59,196 bases of DNA from a virus (Duplodnaviria > Caudoviricetes): IMG/VR virus record IMGVR_UViG_3300025357_000013, positions 1 to 59,196 of that record; one strand, written 5' to 3'. A program made the translations under genes and the position numbers. The stretch's first letter is position 1; every line of letters begins with the position of its first letter. Below the pieces are notes generated by a model. The model worked only from the letters and a program-made list of their open reading frames with translations, made no database searches and had not been told where the DNA came from. Shown one piece after another: positions 1-8,812 of the stretch.

Positions 1-161
1 TGAGCTGCTCGAAGTTGGTGTCCACGATCTTGCCGTCAAACACCATGGCGAGCTTGGGAAGAAGCTGACGTGAAGGCTCGACTGCCGTGCGCTCGGTGTT
101 CTCTGGCAGCCAGCGCGCAATCGCACAATGGCCTGCGCTGGGCTCCAGCGCTTTTTCACCC
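1..161. repeat. Terminal direct repeat (assembly circularisation overlap), left copy
   Basis: 1-161 matches 59036-59196 except position 127 (A vs C). The repeat lies inside a coding sequence whose frame continues across the join. Confidence 0.95.
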
Positions 162-3100
162 GGCAGCAGCTGCAGCCATTCGACCATTTTGAGCCCCAAA
201 GGCTCGGGGGTTGCGAAATAATCCGCCCCTTCCTGCGCCTTGGTTTTGCTGGTCTTTTTCTGGGTTCCGTAATAGAAGGCTTTGGCGCGGTCCCATTCGG
301 TGAGCGCTTCATTGGCCAGGCGGTCGCGTTCCTTTCCGCCCTTGCCCTCATCCTCCATCCCTGCGGGGTAATCTCCAGACTCTTCAAACCCGGCGATAAA
401 CGCATCCTTGAGTGCTCGGGCCTGTTCGCCCATGCCGAGGTTCTCTGCAGCACTGGCGCGCTGCGCGATCGTGGTCGCAAACGCCCACCTCTCCCAGTTG
501 GTTCCAGTGTTGAGGTAACGGAATATGGCGTCCGTAACCTGACCTGTGCGGTAGATACGGCCTTCCTGCTGGATTGCTGTCGTCGGCTGCGTCGGCTGCC
601 CCAGATTCAGAAGTACGCGCTGATGTTTGCCGGTGGTATCGTGAAGACTGATACCCTCCTTGCCTGCCGCTGACTGCACCAGGATCACTTGCGGTCCACT
701 GGCGTCGTCTTGAAACTTTTCAACATTGGCTCTGCGAACCTTTGCGGGAACGTCGCCATTGAAGAGTAAAACGTCTGGGAATTCGCGCCTGAAGACCTCG
801 ATCGGGTTCGGCATCGAGGCGAAATCGATTCCGATCAGATCTTTGAATTCCGTATTGAACTTGTCGAGCGCCTCATTAAAGAGCGGGTTGCTGGTCCGAT
901 TGATCCTGAATGGATGGAATCCGCCGCCTTTCTTGTAGTCATGGAACACCACGACCTTGCGGCCGATCGCCATGTGCTCCTTGACGTGCTTGATGACCTC
1001 AGACGCTTTGATGGCTTCCAAAAGGTATCGACGGGACAGATAGTCGAACTTGTCGCCTACCGCGTCCTCCAATTCGCCTACGCCATTCGGGTCGCCGCCT
1101 TCATCCTTAATCCGATCGGCTTCGTCGTGGAACCATTCCAGCGCTTGATCGATCCGCGTACCGATCGCAGACTCCACCAGAATGAATCGACGATCATAGT
1201 CCGCCGCCACATCCAGCATTCGACCAGAGAGAGATCCGCGCTTTTTGAGCCAGGTATTGAATTGCCGCTGCATCAAACCGCTGTCGACCTTTGCATCCGG
1301 CTTGGTGAGCTTGTTGTAACGCATCCGATAACCGAAATGCGTCATAAAGAATCGGTCTTTATTGCTGCCCTGGTTGTAGCCCCTGAACTCCTTCGATTCG
1401 TCGGATTGCCCTTCGCTGTAATCAAAGAGGTAGCCGTTCGCCCAATCGACCGTGGGCTCATACGCAAACGGGGTGGCTGACAGGAAAAGAGATCGGGGCC
1501 TTGATGCGTTTTGTGAAGCAGCGACGTCGGCCTTCACTTTTTCCAAGGCGGCTGACCACTTGGCTCCCGCAGCTGCGAGCTTGGGCTCAATCACCGCAAG
1601 GAGTTTCTGAAGATCAGCGACGGTCGAATCCATCGTGTCTGAATTCGAAATGGTCTTATTTGCGTTTTCAACCTGTTTACTCAGGTCTTCAATCTCATCC
1701 CGCAGATCCCGGTGCAGCATTTCTGCGCGGCGGTACGCCCCATCCGGATGCTTAGTGATCGCTCGAAGGTTCTGGATGACCTGAGTCGGCTTGCCGCTGC
1801 CATCCTGCATCAGGTAGTGCGCTTCGTCCGTGACGGTCAGATCCCAGTTGCGATCGGCCAGCGCATTGTTTGAGCCAAAATTCGCGTAGGTGGTGATCGT
1901 GATGCCTTTGCCGGCATCCTTGGTGTCATCGAGTCGGTTGATCGGAAGGTTCAGGATCTTTCCTGACTTGATCCAGTCCTCAATGATCTTGTCGTTCGGG
2001 GCAAGAATGATGATGTTGGTTTTGCCAAGATTGGCAAACCGCTTGATGACGCCAAGACCCGTAAAGGTTTTGCCGGTGCCGGTGCCGTTGGTAAACAGCA
2101 TTCCGTAACCATCGGGGGCGCTGAATCGCTTTTCTGCCTTTAGGACGTCTTCCTGTTGTCCCGGGAGGAGCGCTGGCAGGGCGGCCTTAATCTCATCCAG
2201 CCCTTCGCCGTTATGCTTTTGCGCATCGGCTGTCGTCTGTTCGGCTTGGTCTGCCTTTACTTCAGATCGGCTTCGAGCAGCTGCCTTAATTGGTCCTGCT
2301 GCATTGGGTTCAACGGGCGATCCGCTGACGCCAACAAGATCGCCTCCGCTACCGAGACGATCTCCGGCATCGCTGTCCGCAGATTCGGTTGACCCTCGAT
2401 AAATCGTGAGATCGCTAGGTTCTCTAGGAGATACGGTTTCACGTCCATGTAGCTCGCTGCTACCGAGTGTCCGTGCTTCTCCTTCACCTTGTTGTATTCC
2501 TGCCCCTCGAACTCCGCCATTTCGAGCGGATCCAGAGCGAACGCCTTCTTGGCCCAGTCCGTTTTGAGTGTCTGCGTTTTCGCGATCTCGTTCCAGATTG
2601 GAGTCGCTATTCCGGTCAGTGACATTGGTTTCACCCTGATGAATTTCTGCTAGGGATTCTACGCTGACGACGTCTTTCTTCGTATCGGCGCCTTGATCCC
2701 GGTACTTGCCAGACATTGCAATGTAAGAGCCTTGCAGGTGGTCCAGCGTGATCGAATCGGCTGCTGCATCCCCAAACTTGGCGCGAATGGTGTCCAGCGC
2801 AAACTTGGAGGCATCCTTAAATTTGTGATATCCGAGGCGGAATGCGGCATCCAGAAGACGCGCAAGGACCGGAATCAGCTTGGCTTCATCAAGCTCATTG
2901 GTCGGGACCGCTTTTTGCACGAACAGGTTGGCATCGAGGAAAACCTGGCCCAGATCCTTGAGCGCGTCATCAAGATCAGCCTGCGCCTTCTGAGCACCTT
3001 CTGAGGTCGGTGTTGCCGGTTTCTCTGCAGCCTTCAATCGATCGATGCGATTGCTGGGCTCGGAGAATACGTCGGCCTGCCGATTGTCCTGATCAAAGAG

Positions 3101-6100
3101 TCCGCCGGATATTTCCTGACCCGTTGCGTTGCGCTGGCGCGCCTTTTCCTTTGCGTAGGCCTCTACAGCCTCTTTATCGGAGCGCTGCTGATCTTCCTTG
3201 GTGGGTGCGCCAAATAGGTCATCGACCAAATTAGCCGAACCGCCTTTTTGTTTTGACGTTTCCCTTATGCGATCAGCCAGCCGATCTATCCAACCAAATT
3301 CATTGGCCTTGATTTGATTATTGATTTCACCGATGAGGCCTGTATCAAGTCTTTGCCCTATTTCTGAGTTGGCAAACCGTTGCGGCGTGAGCTTTCCTTT
3401 TTTGGCCTCATCGCGCAAAACATCCAATTCAAACAAGGCATCGTCATGCGAAAGAGGCCCAAACGTTTCGTAAGCGGGTTGGCCGGTAATCTGATAGGCG
3501 GCATAGTTGATGTTTTGAATTGGCGCACTGGTTTGGCCAGACAACGCTTGTTCCAGGCTTTTCCGCACCAATGGGAAATACTGGCCCTTGCCGGCCGTCA
3601 TATCTTTGGCGGCTTGCTCAAAGATGCTTTGAACTTTGGCGCTTCCAAATTTGGAAATAGCCTGCTCAATCAGAGCTTCGGTTTCCTTGATATTTTGGTC
3701 GTCTGAGGTTTCTTCTGGCGATAAGGATTCAGCCTTGGATCCTTGATTCAATGGTTTGAGAATGCTCGGTACAACGGCAGGCTGTTTTCCAAACAAATAC
3801 TCTTCAGCAGCGTCTTTCGATGCTTGCGGAACGTCATTGCGACCAATGTCATTTAGGAATTGCCCCGAATTGAATTCGTCCAGGCGATGCAAGGCTTCGT
3901 TGTAGGCGTTTTTGATAAGCCATTGAGTGACTTTGGCTTCACCCTGCCGGCCAATAGCCCCATCCTTTCCGTTAAAGTTCGGGAATGGGCTTGTTTCGCG
4001 ACCTGAAGAAGTTCTGACAACTTCTCCGGGTGAAAGCATCATTCCCACCTGGCCTTGGCGAATCTCGGCTTTATTTGTCCCTACGTCTTGTTTTGCGCTT
4101 CCAGTTCCGCGCCGATCAGCTATGGCTTTCTTGAAATAAGCCAGCGTAATCGGGGGAGGTGCATTAACGGTTTCGTAATGACTTTCGTAATATGCGTATA
4201 ACTCCTCGGGGCTCATGTTGACCCAAGGGGCTCGGGTTTCATCAATGAGGTCATGCGCCCCATCAACATCAATCTGCACCAGCCTGCTTTCAGCGATATT
4301 GCCTCTGGATCCAAGCGGAATGGCTGATACCCCTTCTCGGGTCAACATGCCTTCTGGAAGTTTCTTTAGTTCCTTTTCGGCTTGCGCTATTTCTTTTTCA
4401 ATTCGTTTACGATCATACGCGCCCTTGGTTTTTGTGAGCCTGCGCTCAAGGCTCTCAATGCCCCAAATAAGATCCGCCCTTTGCTGTTCCTGTTCCGGCG
4501 AAGCAAATGACTCTTTGCGCGCCTTTCGCGCAGCGCGGCGCTCCTTGATGGGCGCTAGGGCTTCTTCTCCTCCTTGCCCTTCCTGTTCGCCTCGCTGAAT
4601 TGCTTCAGCGTCTCCTTGTCTTTCTCGTCCGGTTTCTTTCGTCCCATCATTGCCTTCAGGAGACTCGCTCCCTCCGGCGTGTTCCAGCGATTCTTCTTGC
4701 TGTCCACGATACTTCCTCAGTCTGTCGAGGACATCCTGTCGGGTCGCCTTCTGGCGCTCACCGAAAAGATCCTCTCCCGGGTTATTGGATTCTTCAAAGG
4801 CAAAATCAGCGGCGTCGGTCAGCGCCTCGATCGCCATCTTATTGCTTCGGGGATTATCAGCAAAGAGCGCAAGGATGTCTGCAGTCCCTGGCTGATGCGT
4901 GATATCGATCTGCTTTGCGATCTGCTGCATCGTAAGACCGGATCGCTTGCCGTTGACGATCGAGATTGCGGCCTCGGCCACCAGATCACTGATATCTTCA
5001 TAGCCGGTCCCTTCAAGGCGCGCCATTTTTGGAGCTACCCGGGCAAGGGCCGACATGACCAGTCTGGCTTCAGGATCGGCTGCTTGCGAGAAGAGCCGCA
5101 CCAGTTCGTCATTCCGGTAGGCCTTGAAGAATATCGATGCTTTCAGGCGGTCATAGGCGTCTCGGTTTGGGGTTCCGTCAGTATCGAGAAGGGCGCCCTG
5201 CTCGTTTTCCGGCATGGTCCGGACAAATTGCTTGACGGTGCGCTCATTGATTTCGCCGTCATCATTGAAGTCGAGCCCACCCAGATCGATGCGCTGGGAG
5301 TCGTTTTTGGCTTTCTCAAGCGGTGAAAGCTCCAGCCCGTTGCCGATATTTGATTCATCGCCAATATCCTTGGTGAGATCGCTCTCCGACATGACGCGAA
5401 CTAGAATCGGCCTTGACATGACGCCACCGACAACGGTTGGCTCAATGCCGTGTCGATGTTGATCGGAATACATGCCGTGGACGTAATCGAAGGCAGAGCC
5501 TTGCTGATGGGCTTTCTGCAAACCCGCGACCCGGCCATTGCCGGCAATCACCTTGAATTTGCCTTTCGGAATGTCGTCATATTCAGGGTTGGGCGAACCA
5601 TCCGCCTTATGAGACGGCACCAGGTTCCACGCCTCAATGGCGGCGTATTGGAACGGGATCTCGCGGTTTTTAGCGGTGACCGCAATATCCTTGTTGCCGA
5701 GTTGGATGGCAGGGATATTCCCACCGACGACAACGGGCGCTCCGTTGGCAAAATCATTCCCCGGGCCCAGCCGCAAATAATGCGGCCTTGCCGCAATCGA
5801 CTGCATCTGCTGGATCGATGCGGGGTTTGATCGATCACGATTCTGGATGACCGGCGCTTCGGATTCCTTGCGCTTCCCTAGTGAATGTCCACTGTCTCCA
5901 CGATCGCCAGCGTCCCCGGCTCCAGTGGATACAGATTCAGAAACGCCACCAGTTCCGCCGCCAGCTGATCCTCCAGTTGATCCGACAGCTGCAGCTCCAG
6001 TTCCGACACTAGATCTTTCAGTTGCGCGTCTTCCGCCTGAAGTTTTCTCAATTCCGCTTCCAGTGTTTCCTTCGGGATGATCGGCATCTTGATAGACCTC

Positions 6101-8806
6101 TGGAACAAAGTTGCCCATTTCGGCGCGGCGAACAAGGGATTCGAGCGAATCAGCCAGCGCGGTCTCACCGTTGTCTCTTGCGGCGAGAGCCTTTTGCTTT
6201 AATCGCTCGATACCTGCCTGAGTTTCTTCACTCAGTCCTCGATGTCTTCCTGGCTCGGAGCTTTGCCGATCGGTTCCGGCTTCGGCATCGGAGGCGCTTT
6301 CACGTCCGTCCATTCCGGCATTTTGTTTTCCGGGCGCGGAGGAATCCCCTTCCCGTCGTTGTTCCATTCGTTCTGTTCGATTGCCATCTTGGCTCTCCTG
6401 TTCTTGATGTAAACGCTGATTGGCCGCCAATGTGGCATCGAACGCATCGCCTGGATGATCGTGAATGCTTTCGACATTCCCGTTACCAGAGACGACGGCG
6501 AACTTGCCATCCGGGGTTTTCTGGACCGAATACGGGGTTAGCAGCAGCCCTTCTTGCTCTTGGCCGCCTTGGGACGACTCAGACCCGGTGCTGCCGGCAT
6601 GATCTTGTTGGGATTGGTTCGTTTGATCGCCTGCTTGACGGCTTTCGGCTGATCCTGAACTTTGGACAATGGGATTTTCGGCATTGGATACTCCTTGGGT
6701 TTTGGTGCTTTCTTGGATTCCGGGTGATTCAATCTGGCCCGAAATGGAATTTGGCGCAGGCGACAGCGCATCCAGTGCGCGACGTTTTGCCAGTTCTTGA
6801 CGCGCAGCCCGACCGCGTTCGAGGCCGCTGCTGTATTCATTGGTGTCGTTCTGAACGATCTGACGGAATCCGGGATCCGTCCGCAGCACAGACAAAGGCG
6901 TTTTGATCGTGTCGTCGTAGATGGCGCGAGATTCATGCGTCTCACGAACCGGGGCAAACGCATCCGCAAAAGGCTGGTCATGCCGCGCATCGCTTTCCTG
7001 AAGGCGACGATGAACCGCTGCTGCGCTCCCGGGTGCGCCCATCAGGGCGGTCTGGATCACGGTCTGGTGGAGGGTGTCTTTGACCTGCTTGAAAAGATCC
7101 TGGGCCGTTGCTTCGGGGTTCAGGCCGACGCGAGACTTATCGATCCCAAACTGCGCCAGGGTCGTCCCCTCCTCGCCTGCGATCTGTTCCGCCATGGTCT
7201 TGACGAATTGCTTCTCAAAGTCGCGCCAGTTGCCTCCGGCTGCGCGCTTCAGCATGTTGACCTGGTCTTTGAAGCCCAGCTTCTCGCCAAGGTACTCAGC
7301 CGCTCCCATGCCGACGCTTCGGGTGAGCGCTTGGGGCTTACTGAGTCCGTGCTCGATGCCGTTGGCGTACTCATCCCCAGCGACCTGACTGCTCATCATC
7401 AAGAGCGGAATGGTCTGACCGCCCGTAAACAACCCTACGGCATAGCCCGGTGCGTTGGAGATCGTGGACGCGATCGCGCCTTCCAGATTCCGGTTGAAAT
7501 CGTTCGGCGCCTCACCCATTTCGGTTTGGCGCATTCCCAGTCGCTTGCGCGCTTCAAGCTGTGCGCGACCGTAGCCTGCTGCGCCCGGGACACCCAGCGA
7601 TTCACCGACATCGGCCACCATCTTGTTGAGGCCGGCCGCCTGCTGCTTGAGGATGTCCCCGCCTTGAATGACGCCTCGCGTAATGGGGCTTGCGTTTCTG
7701 AGCTCTTTGCTGCGCTCAAAATTGAAATCCGTGGACTGAGCTTGACCCTTGATTGGGGCTGCATTGAAATCCGCTTCACGCTCGGCCATCGCCTGAGCTG
7801 ATTTGGGATCCATGCCATTACTGCGGTTACGGGAAGCAATGTCTTCGACCCGGCCACCAAAATCCTCGTTGGCAATCGATCCGCCCTGGTACTTCTTGTT
7901 GAAGTATCGAGAAACCGCACCCAAAGGTCCGGGCTCGCCCATAAAGCGCTTACGCTGATCGGGTGTTGCCGACTCATAAAGGTCGCGGACACGATCCATG
8001 TATTCAGGCTTGACCGGGACGCCCAGTTCTCGATGAAGCTGGATCAGATCCGGATCTGCCTTGATGCGATCCTTTTCCGGAATGCTTCCAGAATAGGAAG
8101 CCCGATCCAAGCCGACCATCTTGGGCTGGCCGTAGGCGGCGTATTCGGGTGAATTTGGATCTTGGGCCGCAAGGTATTCACGGCGCTGCTCTTTCGAAAC
8201 CGGGAGCTTGAATTGTTCGGCAGGCTCAATGTGCTCTACAGCGGATTTCACTGCGCTCAGGCCGCGCTTGAGTAGGCCAGGCTCTTCGGCCTTGATTGGT
8301 TCAGGTGCTTTCGGTCTTTCAAGCGGCTCAAACTCCATGTCATCGGTGAGCTTGATGCCGGCCGCCAAAGGCGGTTCGGATGCAGGCGTAGGCTGGTATT
8401 CGCCCCGACGACGACGCGCCCCAATCGGCTCAACGTGCCACGGCTCATGCCCCATCGGGAAATGAAGGCCGTAGTTGGCCGCATTTTCATGAACCCACTT
8501 TTTGACGTCGTCACTTTCATACCCAAGATCACTGGCCAGATCATGGTTGTGCATCGAGCGACCGGGAGGCGCGACGTTATGACGCGCAGCCGTTTCCGAC
8601 CCATACTTTTTGATGGCTGCATCGTAAAGCTGGGCCTGACGCTCGTTCGATCGGTATCCCGAATTGACCCATACTTTTCCCGGCGCATCCGAGATCAGTC
8701 GATCAAGGTTGCCGTGAAACTCTGAAGGACCGGCGCTTTCGGGGCGCGAAACGTCTTCTTCAGGAAGGTCTACAGGGTTGCCGCTCTTGAGGTCGAATAC
8801 TGCCAT
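1..8806 (-). CDS. Giant DarB-like polyvalent virion protein, 5' part. Continues across the window end into 59035-54690, about 4,383 aa in total
   Basis: ATG at 8806 (MAVFDLKSG). Same frame as ORF 54690..59081 after circularisation, and the ORF track shows no stop-terminated ORF in this frame. Motifs: M15/VanY peptidase (SGYRS..Q..LY, APPGRSMH..LASD, EPWH; ~8420-8720), DdrB-like ParB (QNRDRS, AGNGR, PILVR, SN..LSPLEKA; ~5260-5850), SF2 helicase (NGTGTGKT ~2066-2089, DEAH ~1817-1829), MTase start (DYFATPE, LEPSAGH). Confidence 0.88.
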   Translation of the reverse strand, partial: MAVFDLKSGNPVDLPEEDVSRPESAGPSEFHGNLDRLISDAPGKVWVNSGYRSNERQAQLYDAAIKKYGSETAARHNVAPPGRSMHNHDLASDLGYESDDVKKWVHENAANYGLHFPMGHEPWHVEPIGARRRRGEYQPTPASEPPLAAGIKLTDDMEFEPLERPKAPEPIKAEEPGLLKRGLSAVKSAVEHIEPAEQFKLPVSKEQRREYLAAQDPNSPEYAAYGQPKMVGLDRASYSGSIPEKDRIKADPDLIQLHRELGVPVKPEYMDRVRDLYESATPDQRKRFMGEPGPLGAVSRYFNKKYQGGSIANEDFGGRVEDIASRNRSNGMDPKSAQAMAEREADFNAAPIKGQAQSTDFNFERSKELRNASPITRGVIQGGDILKQQAAGLNKMVADVGESLGVPGAAGYGRAQLEARKRLGMRQTEMGEAPNDFNRNLEGAIASTISNAPGYAVGLFTGGQTIPLLMMSSQVAGDEYANGIEHGLSKPQALTRSVGMGAAEYLGEKLGFKDQVNMLKRAAGGNWRDFEKQFVKTMAEQIAGEEGTTLAQFGIDKSRVGLNPEATAQDLFKQVKDTLHQTVIQTALMGAPGSAAAVHRRLQESDARHDQPFADAFAPVRETHESRAIYDDTIKTPLSVLRTDPGFRQIVQNDTNEYSSGLERGRAARQELAKRRALDALSPAPNSISGQIESPGIQESTKTQGVSNAENPIVQSSGSAESRQAGDQTNQSQQDHAGSTGSESSQGGQEQEGLLLTPYSVQKTPDGKFAVVSGNGNVESIHDHPGDAFDATLAANQRLHQEQESQDGNRTERMEQRREGDSSAPGKQNAGMDGRESASDAEAGTDRQSSEPGRHRGLSEETQAGIERLKQKALAARDNGETALADSLESLVRRAEMGNFVPEVYQDADHPEGNTGSGIEKTSGGRRATERSSVGTGAAAVGSTGGSAGGGTGGVSESVSTGAGDAGDRGDSGHSLGKRKESEAPVIQNRDRSNPASIQQMQSIAARPHYLRLGPGNDFANGAPVVVGGNIPAIQLGNKDIAVTAKNREIPFQYAAIEAWNLVPSHKADGSPNPEYDDIPKGKFKVIAGNGRVAGLQKAHQQGSAFDYVHGMYSDQHRHGIEPTVVGGVMSRPILVRVMSESDLTKDIGDESNIGNGLELSPLEKAKNDSQRIDLGGLDFNDDGEINERTVKQFVRTMPENEQGALLDTDGTPNRDAYDRLKASIFFKAYRNDELVRLFSQAADPEARLVMSALARVAPKMARLEGTGYEDISDLVAEAAISIVNGKRSGLTMQQIAKQIDITHQPGTADILALFADNPRSNKMAIEALTDAADFAFEESNNPGEDLFGERQKATRQDVLDRLRKYRGQQEESLEHAGGSESPEGNDGTKETGRERQGDAEAIQRGEQEGQGGEEALAPIKERRAARKARKESFASPEQEQQRADLIWGIESLERRLTKTKGAYDRKRIEKEIAQAEKELKKLPEGMLTREGVSAIPLGSRGNIAESRLVQIDVDGAHDLIDETRAPWVNMSPEELYAYYESHYETVNAPPPITLAYFKKAIADRRGTGSAKQDVGTNKAEIRQGQVGMMLSPGEVVRTSSGRETSPFPNFNGKDGAIGRQGEAKVTQWLIKNAYNEALHRLDEFNSGQFLNDIGRNDVPQASKDAAEEYLFGKQPAVVPSILKPLNQGSKAESLSPEETSDDQNIKETEALIEQAISKFGSAKVQSIFEQAAKDMTAGKGQYFPLVRKSLEQALSGQTSAPIQNINYAAYQITGQPAYETFGPLSHDDALFELDVLRDEAKKGKLTPQRFANSEIGQRLDTGLIGEINNQIKANEFGWIDRLADRIRETSKQKGGSANLVDDLFGAPTKEDQQRSDKEAVEAYAKEKARQRNATGQEISGGLFDQDNRQADVFSEPSNRIDRLKAAEKPATPTSEGAQKAQADLDDALKDLGQVFLDANLFVQKAVPTNELDEAKLIPVLARLLDAAFRLGYHKFKDASKFALDTIRAKFGDAAADSITLDHLQGSYIAMSGKYRDQGADTKKDVVSVESLAEIHQGETNVTDRNSDSNLERDRENADTQNGLGQEGVRSGSARNGGVRGAGIQQGEGEARTLGSSELHGRETVSPREPSDLTIYRGSTESADSDAGDRLGSGGDLVGVSGSPVEPNAAGPIKAAARSRSEVKADQAEQTTADAQKHNGEGLDEIKAALPALLPGQQEDVLKAEKRFSAPDGYGMLFTNGTGTGKTFTGLGVIKRFANLGKTNIIILAPNDKIIEDWIKSGKILNLPINRLDDTKDAGKGITITTYANFGSNNALADRNWDLTVTDEAHYLMQDGSGKPTQVIQNLRAITKHPDGAYRRAEMLHRDLRDEIEDLSKQVENANKTISNSDTMDSTVADLQKLLAVIEPKLAAAGAKWSAALEKVKADVAASQNASRPRSLFLSATPFAYEPTVDWANGYLFDYSEGQSDESKEFRGYNQGSNKDRFFMTHFGYRMRYNKLTKPDAKVDSGLMQRQFNTWLKKRGSLSGRMLDVAADYDRRFILVESAIGTRIDQALEWFHDEADRIKDEGGDPNGVGELEDAVGDKFDYLSRRYLLEAIKASEVIKHVKEHMAIGRKVVVFHDYKKGGGFHPFRINRTSNPLFNEALDKFNTEFKDLIGIDFASMPNPIEVFRREFPDVLLFNGDVPAKVRRANVEKFQDDASGPQVILVQSAAGKEGISLHDTTGKHQRVLLNLGQPTQPTTAIQQEGRIYRTGQVTDAIFRYLNTGTNWERWAFATTIAQRASAAENLGMGEQARALKDAFIAGFEESGDYPAGMEDEGKGGKERDRLANEALTEWDRAKAFYYGTQKKTSKTKAQEGADYFATPEPLGLKMVEWLQLLPGEKALEPSAGHCAIARWLPENTERTAVEPSRQLLPKLAMVFDGKIVDTNFEQL
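2257..2625 (-). CDS. Nested 122-aa ORF in the +1 frame of the giant gene
   Basis: AGGGTG-6 nt-ATG. MSLTGIATPIWNEIAKTQTLKTDWAKKAF... has globular helical composition, while the giant frame here reads as an R/G/D/S-rich linker. Confidence 0.65.
   Translation of the reverse strand: MSLTGIATPIWNEIAKTQTLKTDWAKKAFALDPLEMAEFEGQEYNKVKEKHGHSVAASYMDVKPYLLENLAISRFIEGQPNLRTAMPEIVSVAEAILLASADRPLNPMQQDQLRQLLEADLK
4555..4707 (-). CDS. Nested 50-aa basic ORF in the +1 frame of the giant gene
   Basis: GAGGAAG then GTG start. MDSKKNRWNTPEGASLLKAMMGRKKPDEKDKETLKQFSEANRKGKEEKKP, TAG stop. Below the ORF-track size cut-off. Confidence 0.45.
   Translation of the reverse strand: MDSKKNRWNTPEGASLLKAMMGRKKPDEKDKETLKQFSEANRKGKEEKKP
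5878..6087 (-). CDS. Nested 69-aa acidic coiled-coil ORF in the +1 frame of the giant gene
   Basis: GAGGT-8 nt-ATG. MPIIPKETLEAELRKLQAEDAQLKDLVSELELQL... shows a heptad pattern. Confidence 0.55.
   Translation of the reverse strand: MPIIPKETLEAELRKLQAEDAQLKDLVSELELQLSDQLEDQLAAELVAFLNLYPLEPGTLAIVETVDIH
6232..6387 (-). CDS. Nested 51-aa Pro-rich ORF in the +1 frame of the giant gene
   Basis: AGGAG-7 nt-ATG. MAIEQNEWNNDGKGIPPRPENKMPEW... Confidence 0.5.
   Translation of the reverse strand: MAIEQNEWNNDGKGIPPRPENKMPEWTDVKAPPMPKPEPIGKAPSQEDIED
6538..6684 (-). CDS. Nested 48-aa Lys-rich ORF ending in CC, in the +1 frame of the giant gene
   Basis: AAGGAG-6 nt-ATG. MPKIPLSKVQ...AAKSKKGCC. Third codon positions are G/C-rich in this frame. 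Confidence 0.5.
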   Translation of the reverse strand: MPKIPLSKVQDQPKAVKQAIKRTNPNKIMPAAPGLSRPKAAKSKKGCC

Positions 8807-8812
8807 GGGGTG

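Noticed and set aside
1-161. Biological terminal repeat (T7-like DTR)
   Set aside because: It falls mid-gene with frame continuity, which is better explained as an assembly overlap of a circular contig.
7435-8688. Other +1-frame ORFs in the giant gene (7435-7992, 8044-8229, 8257-8688; also 2659-2865, 4819-5016, 5143-5364, 5548-5838)
   Set aside because: R/S/P-rich shadow composition, no convincing SD, and they overlie regions where the giant frame is clearly the coding one.
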